Shown here piece after piece: positions 25,398 to 34,970 of a stretch of DNA of 64,000 bases. Each line of letters opens with the position of its first letter. Position 1 is the stretch's first letter. The translations under genes were made by a program, and so were the position numbers. The notes under the pieces were generated by a model. The model was not told the DNA's origin. It searched no databases and was given only the letters and a program-made list of their open reading frames with translations. The DNA comes from a virus, in the IMG/VR virus record IMGVR_UViG_3300042314_001189, positions 1 through 64,000 of that record; one strand, 5' to 3'.

Positions 25398-28300
25398 TGA
25401 CGGAAAAATAGGATGTACAACTGGTAGGGCAAAAATAATCGACCCAAACGATTTTAATGGTTTTAACTCAGACTCAAATGTCCCAGTACAACTTGAAGAT
25501 TTGAATATTTCGGTTATTTTAACAACATATAAAAAACCTAGAACAAATCTAACAACAACATCTGATGGTAGTACCTTTGAAAGCTCTAGAGAGTTTCGAG
25601 TTAACTTCATAGAGGGAACAAATTTGGGTGGTAAAAAGGTTTTAACAACAAAATATACTGATTTAACAACTAGCTTTGAAAAAGGGGCTGTTAACGAAGA
25701 AACTTTAGGTATAACAAATATCGACATAGAGTTTAACTCTTCTATGGCACCTATGGTTGCCATAAGTTTTATAGATGTTAGAGGTAGTTCAATTTTTCAG
25801 AACGAAGAAAATATTTTAAATGGTTACAACAAATACAGCGTATTCTTCCAGCTGCCTTATCCTTTATTTGAATTAGAAATAAAAGGTTATTATGGTAAAC
25901 CAGTAAAATACTGTCTACACATGTTGAAGTTCAATTCAAAATTCAACTCACAAACTGGTAATTTTGAGATTACGTGTAATTTTATTGGTTATAGTTACGC
26001 TCTGTTATCAGATACGTTATTGGGTTATTTAAAAGCAATACCATATACAAAAATAGGTGAAGAAAGATATACTGCTTATAATTCAACTAGAAACACACCA
26101 ATTCTGAACTTAAACGAATTGATGAAAAAAATTGACGACATTAATAAGAATTTACCAAAAATTGCTGACTCAGCTCCAGAATCTGTTGAATTTAATTCAA
26201 CTACAACTGCTTTAGATAGGTTAACGTATATAAAAGATACCATGGACACATTTGCCGAATCCATGCCAGAATTAAATACAGATAAAGAAAACCACGACTA
26301 TATTGTTTTTAAAACAATAGATTTAAAAACAAAAGAAAATGAAATAAAAATATACAAAGATGATGTAACAAAATACATTGAATCTGATGAAGATAGTTTT
26401 AATAAATTAAGTGAAACTGATAAACTAGATGTTAAAACTTTTACATCATTAGAATCAAACAATGTTGCTTTAGGTGCTAAAGTATATAAGAGAGTTACAA
26501 AAAAAATGTTTACATCAAATACAGATGCAACGTTGACAACCGCTTTAGGTACACAAAATAATTTAGAAGAAAAAAAACAAAAAATATCTGAGTATCTAAA
26601 AAAAAATTATAGCACAGTTGGTGAAGATGAAAAATTAGATATAATTGATTTTAGTTTACAATATGAAGAACTAAACAAGAAAAAAAACACGACTGAAAAA
26701 GCTAATGAAAGTGCAAAGAAGGCTTTAGCTAAAAAATTTGAAGAGTCCGTTAGAGACACACTAGGTTTTGACCCAACTGTTAGAGAAATAGTTGAAATTT
26801 TTACAGCAGCAATAGAAGTTTTTATTGAAACGATATATGTAGTGTCAACAACAGCTGAAGGTAATTCAGAAAGAACAGAAGAATTGGCTAAAAAATTTAC
26901 AGCTACTGGTTCACAAGGTTTAGAAACCGACATTTATAATGCAAACATAGAATTAAAAAAATTCTTTCCATGGCCAGATTATAGAGAAAAAGATGATGAG
27001 AAAAACACCTATGTTGAAAAATATTTAGGTGCGTCTGGTGTATTGGAATCACCAGAAAAAGTCGATGAACTTGTTTTTATCGAAGATTTATTAAATGCAT
27101 TTAGAAAAGCTAAAAAAATAGAAGATGCGATAGTTGAAAATCAAGACACTGAAACAACAGCTTGGCTAGCATCAAACCCATTGGACAGTATTGTTTTTAG
27201 TGATAAAGAACCATATTCTAGATATGGTGAAGGTGGTGAATTCAAAACTAGAGAAGATTTTGTTAGACTTCTACTTATTAGAGGTATGACATTTTTAGGG
27301 TACTCAAACGACCCAGCCGTTCTCCAACCAGAAGAAATAAAAGCAATGGGTGAGGTTGAAGCAGCAGCGATATTAAGAGGTGTTAAAACGGTTGATACGT
27401 CTAGTGGTACGTTAAAACAATCATTAACAAAAATAACTTTAGATTTTATAAAAGATGTTGAAGGTACTATAAATGGTAATTCTAGAAAAGTAATAGAAAA
27501 AGCTGGGTCTGATTATAAATATACTTACATTTATAACGGAAATGAGTTTAAATTAATACCAGTAAACAAAGGGTTCAATAATGAAAATTGGGGTGACCCA
27601 AACAAAGAATATTTGCAAGTGTTAACTGATTTGATTACAAAAAGAGATGTTGATGAATATTTGTTTTTGACAAATTATAGTGATGATTATACACCAGTTA
27701 CAGCGGCTTCTAAACCAGTAGAAGAATCAAAACAAAGAAAAAATGATGATGGTGGAACATACGTTAAATTTTTTAAAGGAACTGAATTTCCAGCTGCTAA
27801 TGCAACAGTTACACTACCAGAAGGTGTTACTTCAGATAACGTTATGATATTAGAAAATTTAAAAAAAGATGCCGTAACGTTTGATGCTGGTTTTAATTCA
27901 TTTGCTGGTGGTTATGGTGCTCAAGATTTTAGTGTTATGGATTGGGGTAATGAAGATTTAACAGATTTAGCACTTATGTATGTTTTTTATAACGACTACC
28001 AAGTTGATAATAAATTAACTAATATGGGGAGTGGTTTAGCGTATACTAGGAAAAAAAGTGGTGAATTAAAAGGTAAAGACTTAACAACTAGTAAGTTTGA
28101 TTTAAAAACTAGTGGTAATATAACAGTACCAAAAATAGGTGACACTCTAAGGTCATTATACTTAAAAAAAGTAGATAATGAAGACGTTAGATTACATGCA
28201 GACTGGGGTAAAAATAGAATTTTATTTAATAATATCAAAGATGACTCTGTTAGCTACCCTTATGTGGTATTAAAATATGACGAAAATAAACAATTTTCTC

Positions 28301-31300
28301 TTTTTGGTAGTGAACTGTATTATAACCAATCATTTAGAGGTAGGTTTAAAAATTATAACAGAGCTTTATTGTTTTTACATTCATTACCTTTTAATAAAAT
28401 TAAAGAAGATACAGTATTTACCGACAACCCTTTCGGACCAAACGAGATAACACATTTATTTGATTCGAAAGCTGGGTTTGTACACGCACCTAGGTTGTGG
28501 TGTGCATATATTGGTGGTATATTATGGAGACAGTCTGGAGATAAGCCAAAGTATGATGATAGTGGAACAAAAATAATAGGTGGCGGTAGCGGTTCTGATG
28601 ACCCAATAGCATGGAATGTTAATTATGCTGATAACAACAAAGTTAATGTTACCGATACACCAGCTGGTTCTTATTCTTATTTATTTGAAGTACCTAATAA
28701 AAACACACAATATTTACCATCGAATATAGAATTCATCGGTGATTTTGACAACCTTAATGATTATGTGAAAATTAATAAACAATTCGATATATGGCCAAAC
28801 TTACCTAGACAAATAAAAAATGCTTTTAAAAAAACATTTTTTGATTTTGTTAACGGTGAAGATGGAATGACTAGTTTTGATGAAATAAGAAATGAATTAG
28901 AAATATATAACGGAACTGGTGACCAATTCCATAACTATTTAGGTATCATACGCTCTAAAATAAAAGATAAAGACACCAACAACCCATATATTAGTGCCTC
29001 TGACCTTTTAAATTCACAATATCTAAATATAGATGTTATTAAAAATAATTACGAAAGAATGGTTCCGTTATCTGATAAAGATAAAAAATTCTTTATGTTT
29101 TTGGAAATAAAAGATGGTTCAGAAGCTGCAAGTAAATTAAAAACAGCGTTGACTGAAGAATATGTAATTGCGAATAATAGCTATGCTGCATGGGTTGGCT
29201 CTGATGCTGGTCAAGGTCAAATTACAAGAAAACCTATAAAAGTTAGTAGCACAAATTTTGATTTATATTTTAAAAGTCTTGTTGATGCGTTGAAAAAAGA
29301 AGGTGACGATTTTTCACCAACAAAAGAAAAAGAAAATTTAGATATTTCAATATTTGGAACAGCAAACAAAGATTTAATTAGGTTAAATTTATATAGAACG
29401 TGTAAAAACATATATGACAAATGGTTAGGCGGTGCCAATGATGTAAACAAAGTAATGTATCAATGTGGTGGTAGAAGTTCAGTAGACGCTAAACTAGCTT
29501 CAAAATACGAAAATAAAGCTACTAAATTTATTGATAGCTTTAGATTTGTAAGTAGGTCGTTTAGAGATATTGGTGATAAGCTATACATAAACCCTTTACC
29601 AATTAATGATTGGTTAATTGGTAACCCTAATACTAGTTCCTACGATGCAATAAGCTCGTTGTTAGCGGCTAACAATTTTGAGTTTCAAGCTTTGCCTAAT
29701 TTTATAAACTTTAACAATGACGAAACATTAAAAGCAATCTTTAAACCATACAGTTATTACGATAAGCCGATTGAAGAAGGTATATGTGGACCATCATTTG
29801 TCTGTGTATATGTTGGTCAAACATCTAAACATTTAGATTTTAGAGGTGGTGAATACCCTAACGATGGTTTTGATTTGAGGTGTATAAATGGTAGCCCTAG
29901 CACTGAAATACCACCAGATTTTAATGAAGCGTCAAACGATTACGAAGATGCGGTTGGTGCTTTTACAGTAAGGTATAGCCAACAAAACCAAAACATTTTT
30001 AAAGACATAAATTTGGACCAAAGTGAATTTAGTGAAACTGATGAATCATTGCAGATTCAAGACGATATATCACAAAAAGGTGCTGAAAACAATAGAAGTT
30101 TTGTTGGTCAAAACATATACAACGTATATGCTGTTAGAAGTTATTCAGCTGAAATAGAAATGATGGGTAATGCCATGATACAACCAATGATGTATTTTCA
30201 ATTAGATAACATACCTATGTTTCATGGTGCTTATATGGTTACCAGAGTTAAACACTCTATTAAACCAAATAGCATGTCAACAAATTTTAAAGGTGTTAGG
30301 ATTAGATATCCAGAAACACCTTTGATTACAGCTTACGATATTTATATGGATTTAATTTCAACATTAGATACTAGTGGTGCTGGAACTGGAACATTCGGTA
30401 GTGGCGGTAGCGGTGGCGGTGTGAAAGGTACATTTGCACCAATTGTTGTTACATTAATCGAAAATGGTGCCATTAATGGTAAAGTAGAAGCTGGTAATAA
30501 CAAATTGAAACCATTACCTAAAATTGAAGGTGTTGATAACGCAAAATTAAACAATAAAGCGGAAAATCTATTAATACAAGAAGCCGTTGACCCATTTGTC
30601 AAGATGGTTAAAGATTGGATTGGTTGGATGAAACAAAACGGGTTTAAAGGTAATAATGGTTATTATGTTGATATTACTAGTATATTTAGAGATTATGAAA
30701 AACAAGTTCAAATCAAAAAAGAATATGGTTCGGCAGCTGCTGCACCTGGTTCATCTAACCATGGTTGGGCAATTGCGTTAGATTTTCAATTTTATAATAA
30801 AAAAGGTACTAAAATACCTAACACAAAAAACCAATCCCAATATTTTAAATTTGATTCAAACCCAGCAATAAAATGGATTTATGATAATTCATGGAAATAC
30901 GGATGGGTTATGCCGTCTAGTTTGAGAGACGGTAGTGGGTTAGAAGAACACTGGCATATTGAGTATCATGGAACAGCTGCAAAATGTATCATAGAAAAGA
31001 ACCCTACTATCTATGGTTATACTGTTAATATTGATAAAAACGCTAAAATAGATGCATCTGTTAAAAACCCAAAAACAAAAGATGGTAAAGAAGCTGTTTA
31101 CAATAGTTGTGATTATAAATTCATTGAAAAAGCTGGGGATGGAACCGAGGGTGGTGGCGGTGGTAAAGCGGCTTTTGGTTGTAAATCACCTAACTATAGC
31201 TTCCCGTTCCAAGACCCATTACCACCATCAAATAGTTTAACTATTAAAGAAGCTGTAACGATATTGAAAAAATTACCTAGTGGTACTGGAAAAGCTGTTT

Positions 31301-31683
31301 TTGCTATTTTGTGGGCAGAAGCGTCAAAAAATCCAGATAGAACAGCTTTCAAATCAGCTGGTGGGTATAACTATGCTGGTGTACAAACAGATGGTGGTAA
31401 ATGGGGTGCTCCAGGAATTATCGGACAATATTGTAGAGTTGATAGTGGTGGTAATAAAAGAGCGTTTGCTATTTTTGAAAATAATGAAACATTCTTAAAA
31501 TTTATGGCTGATAGGGTTGAAAAGAAAGGGTTTAACGGTAATAATGGTGATGATTGGACAACAACATACATCAATAGTTGGTGGTCACCAGCAGCAAAAG
31601 CAAGCTACACAAAAGGAACCGAAAAATATAATTCTAAACTATCAATTTATAATACGGCAATGAAAAAATGGAATGCTAATTGA
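25387..31683 (+). CDS. Baseplate hub protein fused to an M15B (VanY-like) peptidase and a lysozyme-fold (glucosaminidase-like) domain
   Basis: Hub motifs LGITNIDIEF..SMAPMVAISFIDVRG and YSAEIEMMGNAMIQPMMYF...GAYMVTRVKHSI; M15 motifs SIFRDYEKQ, PGSSNHGWAIALDF, EHWHIEY; C-terminal AILWAEAS...YNYAGVQ...RAFAIF. Confidence 0.75.
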   Translation: MASNDGKIGCTTGRAKIIDPNDFNGFNSDSNVPVQLEDLNISVILTTYKKPRTNLTTTSDGSTFESSREFRVNFIEGTNLGGKKVLTTKYTDLTTSFEKGAVNEETLGITNIDIEFNSSMAPMVAISFIDVRGSSIFQNEENILNGYNKYSVFFQLPYPLFELEIKGYYGKPVKYCLHMLKFNSKFNSQTGNFEITCNFIGYSYALLSDTLLGYLKAIPYTKIGEERYTAYNSTRNTPILNLNELMKKIDDINKNLPKIADSAPESVEFNSTTTALDRLTYIKDTMDTFAESMPELNTDKENHDYIVFKTIDLKTKENEIKIYKDDVTKYIESDEDSFNKLSETDKLDVKTFTSLESNNVALGAKVYKRVTKKMFTSNTDATLTTALGTQNNLEEKKQKISEYLKKNYSTVGEDEKLDIIDFSLQYEELNKKKNTTEKANESAKKALAKKFEESVRDTLGFDPTVREIVEIFTAAIEVFIETIYVVSTTAEGNSERTEELAKKFTATGSQGLETDIYNANIELKKFFPWPDYREKDDEKNTYVEKYLGASGVLESPEKVDELVFIEDLLNAFRKAKKIEDAIVENQDTETTAWLASNPLDSIVFSDKEPYSRYGEGGEFKTREDFVRLLLIRGMTFLGYSNDPAVLQPEEIKAMGEVEAAAILRGVKTVDTSSGTLKQSLTKITLDFIKDVEGTINGNSRKVIEKAGSDYKYTYIYNGNEFKLIPVNKGFNNENWGDPNKEYLQVLTDLITKRDVDEYLFLTNYSDDYTPVTAASKPVEESKQRKNDDGGTYVKFFKGTEFPAANATVTLPEGVTSDNVMILENLKKDAVTFDAGFNSFAGGYGAQDFSVMDWGNEDLTDLALMYVFYNDYQVDNKLTNMGSGLAYTRKKSGELKGKDLTTSKFDLKTSGNITVPKIGDTLRSLYLKKVDNEDVRLHADWGKNRILFNNIKDDSVSYPYVVLKYDENKQFSLFGSELYYNQSFRGRFKNYNRALLFLHSLPFNKIKEDTVFTDNPFGPNEITHLFDSKAGFVHAPRLWCAYIGGILWRQSGDKPKYDDSGTKIIGGGSGSDDPIAWNVNYADNNKVNVTDTPAGSYSYLFEVPNKNTQYLPSNIEFIGDFDNLNDYVKINKQFDIWPNLPRQIKNAFKKTFFDFVNGEDGMTSFDEIRNELEIYNGTGDQFHNYLGIIRSKIKDKDTNNPYISASDLLNSQYLNIDVIKNNYERMVPLSDKDKKFFMFLEIKDGSEAASKLKTALTEEYVIANNSYAAWVGSDAGQGQITRKPIKVSSTNFDLYFKSLVDALKKEGDDFSPTKEKENLDISIFGTANKDLIRLNLYRTCKNIYDKWLGGANDVNKVMYQCGGRSSVDAKLASKYENKATKFIDSFRFVSRSFRDIGDKLYINPLPINDWLIGNPNTSSYDAISSLLAANNFEFQALPNFINFNNDETLKAIFKPYSYYDKPIEEGICGPSFVCVYVGQTSKHLDFRGGEYPNDGFDLRCINGSPSTEIPPDFNEASNDYEDAVGAFTVRYSQQNQNIFKDINLDQSEFSETDESLQIQDDISQKGAENNRSFVGQNIYNVYAVRSYSAEIEMMGNAMIQPMMYFQLDNIPMFHGAYMVTRVKHSIKPNSMSTNFKGVRIRYPETPLITAYDIYMDLISTLDTSGAGTGTFGSGGSGGGVKGTFAPIVVTLIENGAINGKVEAGNNKLKPLPKIEGVDNAKLNNKAENLLIQEAVDPFVKMVKDWIGWMKQNGFKGNNGYYVDITSIFRDYEKQVQIKKEYGSAAAAPGSSNHGWAIALDFQFYNKKGTKIPNTKNQSQYFKFDSNPAIKWIYDNSWKYGWVMPSSLRDGSGLEEHWHIEYHGTAAKCIIEKNPTIYGYTVNIDKNAKIDASVKNPKTKDGKEAVYNSCDYKFIEKAGDGTEGGGGGKAAFGCKSPNYSFPFQDPLPPSNSLTIKEAVTILKKLPSGTGKAVFAILWAEASKNPDRTAFKSAGGYNYAGVQTDGGKWGAPGIIGQYCRVDSGGNKRAFAIFENNETFLKFMADRVEKKGFNGNNGDDWTTTYINSWWSPAAKASYTKGTEKYNSKLSIYNTAMKKWNAN

Positions 31684-31710
31684 TATTTTTAAAATTTATT
31701 AGTATATTTG
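31680..31710 (+). promoter_or_regulatory. Bacteroidota-type promoter, probably leaderless transcript
   Basis: TTG-N20-TATATTTG-N4-ATG(31715). Confidence 0.7.
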
Positions 31711-31714
31711 CAAC

Positions 31715-32353
31715 ATGATAGTTGCGAACATAGTTTCAAAGAATAAAATAAACGTTTCAGAAGATTTTAACGTAGTTCAATCCATGGATGAAATAATCCA
31801 TGGATTGCCTACATTAATTGTGGGTTTTGACTACATGGATAAACACTACCCAGATTTTAATATTTTGGATAGAAAGATTTCAGAAAACCTATATTGGACT
31901 TTTAAGAAAACAGAACGAAGAGATAAACATGACGAGGATTTAACTTGGTTTATGGTTAATTCTTACAACGACTTGATAAAAGATATTTCATATGTTTTTA
32001 TCGACCCATTACAATACAAGACTAAAGTGCTATGGAAAATTTTAAGAAAAATAAATGAAATTAAAAACATAGTCACTTACGTAAATGGCGATATGGCTTA
32101 CATATATGGCGAAAAATACATATTTGGGGTTGATTTAAGATTGCTAGAATATGTTGGGTTTAAAAAAGATAAGGTAAAACGCATGATTAAATCAAAAAGC
32201 TCAGTCTTTTTGGACCAAAACGAGATACTTATAGAATATAAAAAATACGTTGAAGACTTAGGGTTAAAAGTTAGATACTTACCATATTTATTTTCTATAA
32301 AAAATGAACAAAACAATATTACTAGCAACATTCATCTTCCCAGAGAGAGTTGA
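31715..32353 (+). CDS. Hypothetical early protein (212 aa)
   Basis: ORF with consensus promoter; no recognised family. Confidence 0.7.
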   Translation: MIVANIVSKNKINVSEDFNVVQSMDEIIHGLPTLIVGFDYMDKHYPDFNILDRKISENLYWTFKKTERRDKHDEDLTWFMVNSYNDLIKDISYVFIDPLQYKTKVLWKILRKINEIKNIVTYVNGDMAYIYGEKYIFGVDLRLLEYVGFKKDKVKRMIKSKSSVFLDQNEILIEYKKYVEDLGLKVRYLPYLFSIKNEQNNITSNIHLPRES

Positions 32354-32705
32354 TTGGTTTCTAAGTTATTTAGAAGCCAAATTTGCTATTACCAAAAATA
32401 AAGTGTTTTGTTATAAGAATCTTGATGACGAATCTAAAGTCATTATGACATTTAAAATAAATGTCCAAAAAGACAAGCCATTAAATCTTAAAAATTTATT
32501 CCCAAGTGCTGTACCAGTACATAAAAAAGGTGATGCTATTTATACAATAAATGCGTTAAATAAATTAATCGAAAAAAACTACCCAGAGTCAGTTGGAAAC
32601 ATAGATTACAAAACTGTGAAAATCAATTGGGAAGAATATCAAAACAAGATGATTTTAATAAATGGTGAAGAACTTACCATTTTTAATATAACTAGGGTTT
32701 TTTAG
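32304..32705 (+). CDS. Hypothetical protein (133 aa)
   Basis: Overlaps the upstream gene by 50 nt; HKKGDAIYTINALNKLI motif; no function assigned. Confidence 0.7.
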   Translation: MNKTILLATFIFPERVDWFLSYLEAKFAITKNKVFCYKNLDDESKVIMTFKINVQKDKPLNLKNLFPSAVPVHKKGDAIYTINALNKLIEKNYPESVGNIDYKTVKINWEEYQNKMILINGEELTIFNITRVF

Positions 32706-32756
32706 TGTTTTACTGATATTTATATAAAAACATAATACAAATTTAAAAATATAGTT

Positions 32757-32957
32757 ATGGAAAACAACACTTCAAATAAAAATGTTCCTAACCAAAAAGA
32801 TTTAGACAAAGCTTTAGAAGGATATTTGAACACAGAAAACCAAGACCCGAACTTAGATTGTAGTTCTGGTGTTTGTGTTATCAAAGGTGATAAAAGCCTT
32901 ATTGAAAGAATAAACAAAAAAATAATCACCGAAGACGGTAGACAATTATTATTCTAA
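32757..32957 (+). CDS. Small late protein (66 aa)
   Basis: ATATTTAT at 32716; CSSGVC and KIITEDGRQLLF motifs. Confidence 0.65.
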   Translation: MENNTSNKNVPNQKDLDKALEGYLNTENQDPNLDCSSGVCVIKGDKSLIERINKKIITEDGRQLLF

Positions 32958-32961
32958 TTAA

Positions 32962-33744
32962 ATGAAAAAAAATAAACTTAATCCAGAATTATTGAAAGAA
33001 GAACTTAAAAAGTTTAGGTTGCTTTCTGAATATGATTTTTATGGTAAAACAACTGAAGATTCAGAATATGAAAAACCATTAGTTTTAGGTGCTGAACTAG
33101 AAGAAGCTGACGAAGAAGAAGCTACTGATGCAATCGCTGCCGACTTAGGTTTAGATGCTGAACAACCAGCTAACGATGCTGAACAACCAGCTAACGATGC
33201 TGAACAACCAGCAACTGACGAAACTGGTGATGACGAACAAACTGGTGAAATACCTAACGAAGAACCAGCGACTGGTGAAGTTCCAGCGGAAGAACCAGTA
33301 GAGGAACCAGTAGAAGATACATCAGATGATGTTGAAATCGATGTTACATCGTTGGTGAAGGGTTCAGAAGATGCTAAAGCTGCTGCTGACAAAGCTACTG
33401 CAAACACAGAAGTTCTTTTACAGAAACTTTCAGACTTAGAATCACGTGTTGCTAGCATGGACAACATAACAAACAAAATCGAAGGTTTAGAACAAGAAAT
33501 AATCAAAAGAAACCCAACACCAGTTGAGAAACTAGAAATGCGTTCATTAAGTTCTTTCCCATACAGTCAAAAATTAACAGATTATTGGGCCGACAAAGAA
33601 GGTGCTTATGACGTTATGGGTAATAAAGACAAAAAAGAAGAATACGTTTTAACACAAGATGATGTTGATTATGGTTATAGTGAACCAGAAGTAAAAAGAA
33701 GTTTTGGTGTCAACCCAGACGATTACGAAGAAGAAGAAATTTAA
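32962..33744 (+). CDS. Acidic protein, possible prohead core/scaffold component
   Basis: LKE, LSE and LEE sites in the N-terminus; long D/E/P/A low-complexity linker; C-terminal coiled coil. Confidence 0.5.
   Translation: MKKNKLNPELLKEELKKFRLLSEYDFYGKTTEDSEYEKPLVLGAELEEADEEEATDAIAADLGLDAEQPANDAEQPANDAEQPATDETGDDEQTGEIPNEEPATGEVPAEEPVEEPVEDTSDDVEIDVTSLVKGSEDAKAAADKATANTEVLLQKLSDLESRVASMDNITNKIEGLEQEIIKRNPTPVEKLEMRSLSSFPYSQKLTDYWADKEGAYDVMGNKDKKEEYVLTQDDVDYGYSEPEVKRSFGVNPDDYEEEEI
33154..33212 (+). repeat. 21-nt tandem repeat x~3 (DAEQPAN)
   Basis: gatgctgaacaaccagctaac repeated exactly twice plus a 17-nt partial copy. Confidence 0.9.
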
Positions 33745-33753
33745 CAAATAACT

Positions 33754-33779
33754 AAAAGCCTCAGAAATGGGGCTTTTTT
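33754..33779 (+). terminator. Intrinsic terminator
   Basis: AAAAGCCTCA-GAAA-TGGGGCTTTTT. Confidence 0.85.
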
Positions 33780-33808
33780 ATTTTTATGAAAAATAAATTG
33801 GTTTTTTG

Positions 33809-33925
33809 TTGTATCATGAGAAATTTGTTAGTATATTTGTAGAAATTATGTGGCTAAAATTAATAAAAATACTTTAAAAAAGTTGTCTAAAATACTTGAC
33901 TTTTCAGAGTTTTTTAGTATATTTG
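33809..33925 (+). promoter_or_regulatory. Two tandem Bacteroidota-type promoters for the replication operon
   Basis: TTG-N20-TATATTTG (33809-33839) and TTG-N19-TATATTTG (33896-33925). Confidence 0.75.
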
Positions 33926-33978
33926 TAGTATCAAAAGTTAGTAAATAAATAACATAAATATATAAAACAAAAAGTAAA

Positions 33979-34890
33979 ATGAGTAATGAAAAAAGTGCAT
34001 TGGATGCAATGCTAGCACAGTACGAGAAGAACAACGCTCCTAAGTACGAAAAAAAATCTGAGAAGGTTTATGATTTAAAAAACTACTTTAACACTTACAT
34101 TAAAGAAGGTGTTAAAGCGGCAACTAAAGAAATCAGAATTCTTCCATCTGAAAACGGTTCTCCGTTTGTAGAAGTTCACGGACATAAAGTTCAAGTTGAT
34201 GGTGAGTGGAAAACATTTGCATGTTTAAAACATGAAAAAGGTGAACCATGCCCATTCTGCGAGGCTCGTGAAGCTTTGTTGGCTACTGGTAATGAGTCAG
34301 ACAAAGAATTGGCTAAAAAATACAACGCACGTAAAATGTATGTTGTTAAAGTAATTGACAGAGCTGCTGAAGAAGAAGGTGTTAAGTTCTGGAGATTTAA
34401 CCATGACTACCGTAAAGAAGGAATTTTCGACAAAATCCACGGTGTGTTGACGGCTCTTAAAACAAATAGAGATGTTACTAACCCAGAAACTGGTCGTGAC
34501 TTAGCTATCACAATCCAAAGAAACCAAAACAACATTCCAGTTGTATCAGCTGTTGTTGCATTGGATTCTACACCATTATCTGAAGATGTTGAAAAATCAC
34601 AAGAGTGGTTGGCTGATGCTAGAACATGGGAAGATGTTTATTCTGTTCGTACTTATGACTACTTGGAAATCATTGTTAAAGGTGGTGTTCCAGTGTGGGA
34701 TAAAGAAGAGAAAAAATTTGTTGACAAAGAATCTTTGAAAGCTGACGATAACTCAACTTTGGAAGCTGAATTGACAATGGGAGTTGAAAATGTTAAATCT
34801 AACGTACAAGCTGCGTCTGAAACAACAAAAACAACAACTACTACACAATCGGTTGAGTCTGATGACGAAGAAGACGACCTACCGTTTTAA
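33979..34890 (+). CDS. Single-stranded DNA-binding protein (T4 gp32-like)
   Basis: IRILP, H..C..CPFC zinc site, YVVKVIDR...GVKFWRF, D.TNPETGRDL motifs; acidic tail ending DDLPF. Confidence 0.85.
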   Translation: MSNEKSALDAMLAQYEKNNAPKYEKKSEKVYDLKNYFNTYIKEGVKAATKEIRILPSENGSPFVEVHGHKVQVDGEWKTFACLKHEKGEPCPFCEAREALLATGNESDKELAKKYNARKMYVVKVIDRAAEEEGVKFWRFNHDYRKEGIFDKIHGVLTALKTNRDVTNPETGRDLAITIQRNQNNIPVVSAVVALDSTPLSEDVEKSQEWLADARTWEDVYSVRTYDYLEIIVKGGVPVWDKEEKKFVDKESLKADDNSTLEAELTMGVENVKSNVQAASETTKTTTTTQSVESDDEEDDLPF

Positions 34891-34904
34891 TTAGGTTTAA
34901 ACTA

Positions 34905-34939
34905 AACAAAAAGAGGTGAGGAATTGCCTCTTTTTTGTT
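34905..34939 (+). terminator. Intrinsic terminator after SSB
   Basis: AAAAAGAGGTGA-GGAA-TTGCCTCTTTTTT. Confidence 0.8.
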
Positions 34940-34970
34940 CTAAAATAACAATTAAGAAAAACAAATTAAA

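Noticed and set aside
33154-33212. 21-nt repeats as a CRISPR array
   Set aside because: No spacers; in-frame coding repeat within an acidic linker.
33848-33877. 9-codon ORF MWLKLIKIL between the tandem promoters
   Set aside because: Too short to support; expected by chance in AT-rich sequence.
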